A DNA stretch of 64,000 nt. Origin: Candidatus Cloacimonadales bacterium (lineage in GTDB: Bacteria > Cloacimonadota > Cloacimonadia > Cloacimonadales > DAONDQ01). Positions 56,907-64,000 of this stretch are shown here, one piece after another; position 1 is the stretch's first letter, and each line of letters begins with the position of its first letter. A program made the translations under genes and the position numbers. The stretch covers positions 1,504,001 to 1,568,000 of the forward strand of contig OY759316.1 in NCBI GenBank assembly GCA_963662275.1, written 5' to 3'. Below the pieces are notes generated by a model. That model searched no databases. It was not told where the DNA came from and worked only from the letters and a program-made list of their open reading frames with translations.

Positions 56907-57620
56907 ATGGAAAATACTTGTAAGAATTGCGGCATTGAAGTAACGAGCCATTACTGCCCTAATTGTGGTCAGCGCACAAAGACGAAGCGGATTGACGGTT
57001 CTTTTTTGCTCCAGGAATTCATACTGAATAATTTTACTTTCCACAATGGATTGCTCTATACTATGAAATCGCTGATCCTATATCCTAAACAGGTAGTTGA
57101 GAACTACCTGGCTGGGAAAAGAGCAAGATACACGGGAGCAGTACAATTTTTTCTATTTATCATTATTTTTAGAGCAATCCTATCACTTATAATTGGGGAG
57201 CACGTACTTGATAATCGTGTAAAAGAACTGAATAATTTATTTAATGTCAAAATCGAAATTCAGAGAAACCTAAAGAGTATGTATATCATTTTTGCATCTC
57301 AATCTTCAATAGGGACTTACCTGGTTTATCGAAATAAGAAATACAATCTCTCTGAACATATTATCATTAATTTTTACATTATAGGGATGTGTTTTTTTAT
57401 TAGATTAGTAATCAATTTAGTCACATTTTATAAAATCGAAACGTATGTTCAATATATGTTGCCAATTCTTATTATTTCATATTACATCAGAATATTCTAT
57501 AGTGAGAGAATCAGGATTAAGGACGTTTTTAAAGGTATATGGTGTTTTCTTTTGATTTATTGCACAAGCATTGCATTTCTATTGTTATATATATTTGGAT
57601 TGCTTAAAGGAAATATGTAA
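56907..57620 (+). CDS. DUF3667 membrane protein (tandem paralogue)
   Basis: CKNC...YCPNCGQ, YLAGKR..Y, YNLSEH. Confidence 0.85.
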   Translation: MENTCKNCGIEVTSHYCPNCGQRTKTKRIDGSFLLQEFILNNFTFHNGLLYTMKSLILYPKQVVENYLAGKRARYTGAVQFFLFIIIFRAILSLIIGEHVLDNRVKELNNLFNVKIEIQRNLKSMYIIFASQSSIGTYLVYRNKKYNLSEHIIINFYIIGMCFFIRLVINLVTFYKIETYVQYMLPILIISYYIRIFYSERIRIKDVFKGIWCFLLIYCTSIAFLLLYIFGLLKGNM

Positions 57621-57797
57621 TTCCTGCAATTTGTTGAAAAAACATTGTTGTACCTAAGTTCTCTACATTGATGCAGTATAAAACTAGAATTATAATCATT
57701 TTCTGATATTTCTCTTTTCAAAATCCAGTTTGATTATTTGCTTGACGTTAGATAGTATATTTCTTCTTGTTTCCAAATCTACAAACAGGGGAAGAGA

Positions 57798-59093
57798 ATG
57801 CAGAAACGTCGTAAGACTAAGAAAAAGATAAACAGAAATAAAAACCATGGAATGCGGAATCTTATCATTTTATTGATAATCGCAATAGGATTATCGTTTC
57901 TGGTATTTTACTTAAGTACCCCTGGGAAATTAACACCTGAACAGAAACAAAAAACCATAGCCAAACATGAAAAAAAACACAAGAAAGCTATCAAACAAAA
58001 AACAAAAAAAGAAAACAAAAACGAAACGATCCAGGTAAGTAAAAAACCGGAACCAATCCAACCGAAACCGGAGACTGTAGCGACAGCCAAACAGGAAGAT
58101 ATGATCAAAGCAGCAATTTATCACGCGGCTGCCAAAATGGATGTCAGTACTGCTAAAATTCGCAGTAAGCAAAAGCCTGATGCATTATATATAACGATTC
58201 CTTTAGATCGGGAACTTGTAGATCTTACTTTTGCTAATATGATCATCAAGGGTGATGTCATTGCTGCTGGTGGAGCATTTACTTCCGGTAAGGAAGATAA
58301 CAAGCATAATACCCAGATATTGATCTTTAAAAATCCACAAACAGGCTCATTGTACAATGTTGAACTATATTATGATAAAATCTTAACTATCAAACCTAAA
58401 AGTAAACAACTAGCAGTTATCGTTGATGATTTAGGGAATTATCACGGCTCTCTGCTTCAAGATTTTGTAAAGACTAATCCGGCTGTGACCTTTGCGGTTA
58501 TGCCTGATTCCAAATATGCAAAGGAGTCATTAGCGGCAGCAAAGTCACAAGGACATGAGTGTATCATTCATATTCCCATGGAACCATTGGATTATCCAAA
58601 GAATAATCCTGGGAAAAATGCAATTTATGTGCAGTTATCTCAAAAGGAAATAGAAAAAAGAATGGAAGATTATATCCACCAACTACCCGGTTGTGTTGGA
58701 GCAAATAATCATATGGGTAGTTTTGCAAGTTCTGATCTTGCGGCGATGCAATCAGTAATGAGTGTATTGAAAAGGAATAATTTCTATTTTGTAGATAGTC
58801 GTACCACAAGTGAATCTGTGGCATTTAATGTAGCACAGAAAAGTCTTGTTCCTGCGTATAAAAGAGATTTATTCATCGATGAACCTAATCTTTCAGAAGA
58901 TAATCTTCGAAAACAGCTATCGATTCTTCAGAATTTACGAAGCAGCCAGGATTATGCGATTGTGATCATTCATTGCCATACAAGACAACATCTAGATTAT
59001 TTAAATCGTTTTATTCGTTCAATTCCTGCCTTAGGTTATGAATTAGTTCCTGTTTCAAAATTACAGTCGCGTCGTTTACCCCAGATTCTCTAG
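57798..59093 (+). CDS. Divergent polysaccharide deacetylase (YibQ family)
   Basis: AVIVDDLG, HIPMEP, GANNHMGS, FVDSRT, RDLFID. Confidence 0.9.
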   Translation: MQKRRKTKKKINRNKNHGMRNLIILLIIAIGLSFLVFYLSTPGKLTPEQKQKTIAKHEKKHKKAIKQKTKKENKNETIQVSKKPEPIQPKPETVATAKQEDMIKAAIYHAAAKMDVSTAKIRSKQKPDALYITIPLDRELVDLTFANMIIKGDVIAAGGAFTSGKEDNKHNTQILIFKNPQTGSLYNVELYYDKILTIKPKSKQLAVIVDDLGNYHGSLLQDFVKTNPAVTFAVMPDSKYAKESLAAAKSQGHECIIHIPMEPLDYPKNNPGKNAIYVQLSQKEIEKRMEDYIHQLPGCVGANNHMGSFASSDLAAMQSVMSVLKRNNFYFVDSRTTSESVAFNVAQKSLVPAYKRDLFIDEPNLSEDNLRKQLSILQNLRSSQDYAIVIIHCHTRQHLDYLNRFIRSIPALGYELVPVSKLQSRRLPQIL

Positions 59094-59101
59094 GAGACAT
59101 A

Positions 59102-59911
59102 ATGAGTTTTTTTCATGCTATCTTGCTTGGCATATTGCAGGGATTTACTGAGTTCTTACCTGTAAGCAGTTCAGGACATCTAGTATTAGCCCAGCATTTT
59201 CTTCATTTAGATACTGCCGCGAACCTTACTTTCGATATTATGGTTCATTTTGGTTCTTTATTGGCGGTTATCATCTATTTTTGGAAGGATATTTACTATC
59301 TTATCATTTCATTATTCCATTGGTCTGGTAGTTCATCTAAGCATTCCAGCAATCATTGGTTCCTTTTATATTTACTGGTAGCCACAATCATCACCGGAAT
59401 CATAGGTTTTGCATTCAAAGATTTCTTTGAAAAACAATTTGGAAATCCTTATGTCGTATCTTGTATGCTCATTATTACTGGTATTATCATATTCCTTTCT
59501 GATCTGGTACCTTCATCCCAACGCAGAATTGAACAGATGGGTTTCTTTCGTTCTTTATTAATTGGATTTGGTCAAGCGATTGCTATCATACCCGGAATAT
59601 CGAGATCAGGTACAACCATTGCTGTATCCTTGTTTTCAGGAATACGTCGTGAGGATGCTGCTCGCTTTTCATTTCTGTTATCTATACCTGCCATTCTCGG
59701 GGCAAGTCTTTCTGATTACAAGAATATTTTAAATCTTGATCCAAGTCTTATTGGCAGCTATATCGGTGGAGTGATCGCTGCATTTATTTCAGGATATATA
59801 GTGATAGCTTTCTTACTGGAGATCATCCGTAAAAAAAGACTTCGTTATTTCTCCTTTTATTGCTGGGCAATTGCCATAGTATCAATGCTCTTATTGGCAA
59901 ATGGTTATTAA
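59102..59911 (+). CDS. uppP: Undecaprenyl-diphosphate phosphatase
   Basis: QGFTEFLPVSSSGHL, PGISRSG, AARFSFLLSIPA. Confidence 0.96.
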   Translation: MSFFHAILLGILQGFTEFLPVSSSGHLVLAQHFLHLDTAANLTFDIMVHFGSLLAVIIYFWKDIYYLIISLFHWSGSSSKHSSNHWFLLYLLVATIITGIIGFAFKDFFEKQFGNPYVVSCMLIITGIIIFLSDLVPSSQRRIEQMGFFRSLLIGFGQAIAIIPGISRSGTTIAVSLFSGIRREDAARFSFLLSIPAILGASLSDYKNILNLDPSLIGSYIGGVIAAFISGYIVIAFLLEIIRKKRLRYFSFYCWAIAIVSMLLLANGY

Positions 59912-59914
59912 TGA

Positions 59915-60952
59915 ATGAAAACGAAAGTAACAGAAATCTCAGCACAGGAATTTTTAGCGAGTTTTAATCCAAATGTTACTCCTGCACCGATCTACTCTCT
60001 TATCGGCAGTGACATGTTCTATATGGGGAAAGTACTTCAACTGCTCATTTCGAATTTTGTTGCAGCGAATAGCCGTGACTTTGATTTCATCCAATATTAC
60101 GGAGATGAGATTAAGAACGATTCCTATCTGGAACAACTGGATATGCTTCCATTCATAGCAAACAGACGAGTTGTTATTCTTCGTGATATTGATACAATTC
60201 GGGCTGAATACCTTGTAAAATTGCCTGCTTATTTAAAGAATCCCTCTCCTGAAGTCATCCTCATACTGACTGCTGAAAAGATTGATTTACGAACGACCTT
60301 GGGTAAGGAAATCGATCTAAATTCTATGCGGATCATCTGCAAAGAACCACGTTATGATAGTGATATAGAAAAATGGTTAAATGCAGAACTGGGAAAACGA
60401 AATATCAAAATGGAGACATCAGCAAAGGTGTTTTTCAAAGATACTGTACAAATGGATTATTGTGCGGCTATGAATGAATTTGAGAAGATCGTTCTTTTTA
60501 CAAATGGTGCTAAGAATGGTATTAAACTGCAGGATGTGAGAAGCGCTTTAGGTGTAGCACGGAGCAATACAATATATGAATTACAGGATTCATTAGGTGC
60601 CAGGAATTGCGTGGAAGCTCTAACTATGCTGGAAAACATGCTGCAAAACGATGCGGAACCGATCTATATCATTTATATGCTGACAAGTTATTATCAGCAG
60701 CTATGGAAGATTTTGCTTCATATGCGTAATATGAGTCCCTCAGAAATTAAGCAAAGATATATGAACGATATCAACTTCTATTTTCGGGATAAAATGCTGC
60801 TGAATGCTCGTAATTATACTATTCCTCAAATCAGGAAGATTTTTGATTTGCTGCTGCAGGCTGATACAGATCTGAAATCTATTTCGGTTTCGAAGAATGT
60901 GATCATGGATCTTTTGTTCTATAAAATATGTCGCCCAGACACCAGGAGGTAA
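59915..60952 (+). CDS. holA: DNA polymerase III delta subunit
   Basis: PIY.L.G, LPFIANRRVV, NEFEKI, ADTDLKS. Confidence 0.88.
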   Translation: MKTKVTEISAQEFLASFNPNVTPAPIYSLIGSDMFYMGKVLQLLISNFVAANSRDFDFIQYYGDEIKNDSYLEQLDMLPFIANRRVVILRDIDTIRAEYLVKLPAYLKNPSPEVILILTAEKIDLRTTLGKEIDLNSMRIICKEPRYDSDIEKWLNAELGKRNIKMETSAKVFFKDTVQMDYCAAMNEFEKIVLFTNGAKNGIKLQDVRSALGVARSNTIYELQDSLGARNCVEALTMLENMLQNDAEPIYIIYMLTSYYQQLWKILLHMRNMSPSEIKQRYMNDINFYFRDKMLLNARNYTIPQIRKIFDLLLQADTDLKSISVSKNVIMDLLFYKICRPDTRR

Positions 60953-60953
60953 G

Positions 60954-62444
60954 ATGAGTTGGCAGGAACGTTCTTGTGGTATTTTGTTACATCCGACTTC
61001 ATTACCATCCCAGTATGGTATTGGAGACTTGGGTCCGCAAGCATATCAATTTGTGGATTTACTTGTTGAAGCAAAACAGAAATGCTGGCAGATACTGCCC
61101 TTGAATTATCCGGGTGCGGGTAATTCACCATATAGTCCCTTATCAGCGTTTGCTGGTAACCCTTGGCTTATCAGTCCTGATCTTCTCAAAGAAATAGGTT
61201 TGGTTACCCAGGAAGAGCTTCAAAATCTAAGGGAAGAAGTTTCATCTCATATCGTTTATGAGAATGTGGAAAAGAATAAACAGCAATTATTGAATCTAGC
61301 TTGTTCCAGGTTAAGTGAAAGCGATATGCTAAAAGATGAAATTGAACAATTCAAAGAGCATAATGCTTATTGGTTAACTCCTTTTTTGCATTACCTTTTG
61401 ACCAGGCAAAGAAGTTCTATAACTGCCTGGAATAAATGGACAGGTGAAGAAGTCGATAAAAATTCTGAGTCATACAAAACGGCTTTTGAAACGGAAATGC
61501 TGATTCAATTTCTCTTTCAGTATCAATGGCAAAATCTCAAGAATTATGCCAATCAGAAAGGTATCAGGATTATTGGAGATTTACCCATCTATGTTTCTTT
61601 TGATTGTGCTGATGTATACAACAACAGGCATTTATTCCAGATGGATGAAAATGGTATATCATCTTTTGTTGCAGGCGTACCACCGGATATCTTTACCGAA
61701 GATGGTCAGCTCTGGGGGAATCCTCTCTATAATTGGGAAACCCTAAAGAATGACAATTATAGCTGGTGGTTTCAAAGGATTCGACATCTTTTTGAACAAG
61801 TCGATATTCTGCGTATCGATCATTTCATAGGCTTTATCCGCTATTGGGCGGTTCCTGTTGGTGAAACAACGGCTCGTAATGGCTCATGGAGAGAAGGTCC
61901 GGTAGAAGATTTCTTCACTACTTTACGCGCACAATTGGGAGAGCTGCCAATCATTGCTGAAGACCTTGGTGTTGTAACTCCAAGAGTTACGGAAGTGAAA
62001 GATAAATTCGGATTTCCAGGTATGATCATATTACAGTTTTCTTTTGGTGAAAAATCAGATTCTCCTGAAAAATATCCGGTAAACAGCGTTGTCTATACCG
62101 GGACACATGATAATGTGCCCGTCCTGGGTTGGTATCGCGATGCCCTGGTTAAACATCCTAATGATTTGCAGCGGATGAATGAATATTTAGCAAAATCAGG
62201 CTTGCGGTTTAAATATGAAATTCGTGAAGATAATGTTGGTTACGATTTTATGGAAATGGCTTATGCTGCTCCCAACTTCCTCACGATTCTGCCTATGCAG
62301 GATGTGCTTGGACTTGGGGATGAAGCGATCATGAATATACCCGGAACAGCACATGGAAATTGGGAATGGCGCATGACTAACTTAGCTGATTTTGCATCTA
62401 AAATTCCCATGTTAAATGAATTAGTTGGAAAATATCACCGGTAG
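60954..62444 (+). CDS. malQ: 4-alpha-glucanotransferase
   Basis: GILLHPTSLP, GVPPD, GQLWGNP, RIDHF, AEDLG, YTGTHDN, MNIPG. Confidence 0.96.
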   Translation: MSWQERSCGILLHPTSLPSQYGIGDLGPQAYQFVDLLVEAKQKCWQILPLNYPGAGNSPYSPLSAFAGNPWLISPDLLKEIGLVTQEELQNLREEVSSHIVYENVEKNKQQLLNLACSRLSESDMLKDEIEQFKEHNAYWLTPFLHYLLTRQRSSITAWNKWTGEEVDKNSESYKTAFETEMLIQFLFQYQWQNLKNYANQKGIRIIGDLPIYVSFDCADVYNNRHLFQMDENGISSFVAGVPPDIFTEDGQLWGNPLYNWETLKNDNYSWWFQRIRHLFEQVDILRIDHFIGFIRYWAVPVGETTARNGSWREGPVEDFFTTLRAQLGELPIIAEDLGVVTPRVTEVKDKFGFPGMIILQFSFGEKSDSPEKYPVNSVVYTGTHDNVPVLGWYRDALVKHPNDLQRMNEYLAKSGLRFKYEIREDNVGYDFMEMAYAAPNFLTILPMQDVLGLGDEAIMNIPGTAHGNWEWRMTNLADFASKIPMLNELVGKYHR

Positions 62445-62479
62445 ACTATCTTGTATGTAATATATAAGTTGGAGAATTA

Positions 62480-63091
62480 ATGAAAATACTCATTGTTTTT
62501 TACTCATTCTATGGACATACATACAAAATGGCTAAAGCGGAAGCGGAAGGAGCTACTGAAGTTAATGGTGTGGAAGTGATTATGCGTCGTGTTCCTGAAA
62601 TCCTATCCGATGAAATTCTTAAGAAAGCCGGTGCAGCAACAGCTCAGAAGGTATTTGCACATATTCCGATTTGTACTCTGGATGATTTAGAACAGGCAGA
62701 TGCTGTAATTTTTGGTACACCAACCCGCTTTGGAAATATGGTTGGTCAGATGAGGATGTTCTTGGACTCTACGGGATCACTTTGGGCTAAGGGAGCGTTG
62801 GTCGGTAAAATCGGCAGTGTTTTCACCAGCTCAGCGACACAGCATGGGGGACAGGAGTCAACCATTCTTTCCTTTCATTTGACTCTTCTGCATCAAGGAA
62901 TGCTGATAGCTGGTTTACCTTATACATTTGAAGGTCAATCAAGATTGGATGAGATTACAGGTTGCTCGCCATACGGAGCATCAACGATTGCAGGTAATAA
63001 AACGAATCGCGATCCTTCTGAAAATGAATTAGCTGGAGCACGTTTCCAGGGAAAGTATATAGCCCAGTTGACAAAGAAATTACGAGGATAG
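62480..63091 (+). CDS. wrbA: NAD(P)H:quinone oxidoreductase WrbA
   Basis: YSFYGHT, GTPTRFGNM, TQHGGQEST, SPYGA. Confidence 0.96.
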   Translation: MKILIVFYSFYGHTYKMAKAEAEGATEVNGVEVIMRRVPEILSDEILKKAGAATAQKVFAHIPICTLDDLEQADAVIFGTPTRFGNMVGQMRMFLDSTGSLWAKGALVGKIGSVFTSSATQHGGQESTILSFHLTLLHQGMLIAGLPYTFEGQSRLDEITGCSPYGASTIAGNKTNRDPSENELAGARFQGKYIAQLTKKLRG

Positions 63092-63100
63092 GGATGAAGA

Positions 63101-63226
63101 AGGTGCTAGGTGTTAGGTGCTAGGTGTTAGGTGTTAGGTGTTAGGTGTTAGGTGTTAGGTGTTAGGTGTTAGGTGTTAGGTGTTAGGTGTTAGGTGTTAG
63201 GTGCTAGGTGTTAGGTGTTAGGTGCT
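63101..63226 (+). repeat. Intergenic heptamer array (AGGTGYT)x18
   Basis: 126 bp between convergent wrbA and udg. Confidence 0.95.
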
Positions 63227-63344
63227 AGATCCAGAGAAGAGAAGAACAGAGAGGGATAAGAGAGTGAATTCTCCGAGTGATTTGATTAACCAAATCGTAT
63301 CGAGGAGACTACTAAAAATAGAATGTATTAGATATAGGGAAAGA

Positions 63345-63995
63345 TTAATTCAATGATGGTTCGTCTTTGACAAGATCATAGGCGATTTTCAGCTTTTTTA
63401 AATCTTCCCAGGCGAATTTTTTCCACTCAGGATTCCTTAATAAAGCGGAAGGATGATACGTTACAAAAGTTGGGATTTTTTGGAATTCACGAATTTCAGA
63501 TCGGAACTGTGCTAAGGTCAGTTCTTGTTTTAAAAGAGTGGTGGCAGCTACTTTGCCAAGGATTAATAGAAGTCGAGGTCTGATCACAGACATCTGTTCC
63601 ATTAAAAAGGGATAACATGCTTCACTTTCTTCTTTAAGAGGATCTCTGTTGTTGGGCGGACGACATTTTACAATGTTGCATATATAAACTTCAGATCGTT
63701 TGATCTGAATCGCTTCCAGCATTCGATTGAGCAATTCACCGGCTGGTCCTACAAATGGTCTGCCTAGTAGATTCTCCTGCTCGCCTGGTCCTTCACCAAT
63801 GATCATAAGTTTTGAATGAGGGTCTCCTTCACCATAGACCAAATGCAGTCTTCCTGCTGAAAGACCGCAACGTGTACAATTTTCATATTGTGCTTCCAAT
63901 TCTGTTAGTAATCGGGTTGGAGAATTGCGATAGATTTCATCAACTCCCGATAACTGGAGCATTTCAATAAATTGCTGAAGGGATTTTGTATCCAT
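63345..63995 (-). CDS. Uracil-DNA glycosylase, family 4
   Basis: CTRC, GEGPG, PFVGPAG, NIVKCRPP, TYHPSALL. Confidence 0.93.
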   Translation of the reverse strand: MDTKSLQQFIEMLQLSGVDEIYRNSPTRLLTELEAQYENCTRCGLSAGRLHLVYGEGDPHSKLMIIGEGPGEQENLLGRPFVGPAGELLNRMLEAIQIKRSEVYICNIVKCRPPNNRDPLKEESEACYPFLMEQMSVIRPRLLLILGKVAATTLLKQELTLAQFRSEIREFQKIPTFVTYHPSALLRNPEWKKFAWEDLKKLKIAYDLVKDEPSLN

Positions 63996-64000
63996 TGTTT

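Noticed and set aside
63101..63226. Telomere-like repeat (TTAGGTG)
   Set aside because: Internal and intergenic in a bacterial context; one of many heptamer arrays

Overview
Bacterial chromosomal window, probably Cloacimonadota/FCB-related (inferred from many secreted proteins ending in a FlgD/T9SS-A-like 'IYNIKGQ' domain). 1-13.4 kb: rsgA (partial) with a leader-peptide attenuator, two DUF1566 genes, an aldo/keto reductase and three large secreted proteins. 14.0-18.6 kb: an AT-rich three-gene operon encoding TIR-STAND-TPR, an 86-aa unknown, and a PaaK/CapK-like adenylate-forming enzyme fused to a Pol-beta-type nucleotidyltransferase. This is the best candidate for an undescribed immunity/signalling system. 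18806-54527: an apparently complete Mu-like transposable prophage with a non-contractile-tail gene set, a 5-bp target duplication (GTAGA) and non-canonical TA...TA termini. It carries a class C group II intron (32683-34794), a MuF-PBECR-like fusion facing a small structured RNA, and many in-frame palindromic and heptamer inserts. 54.6-64 kb: ordinary host genes (sdpR/sdpI-like, two DUF3667, polysaccharide deacetylase, uppP, holA, malQ, wrbA, family-4 UDG). All family calls are by eye from motifs and gene order; no database searches were run.
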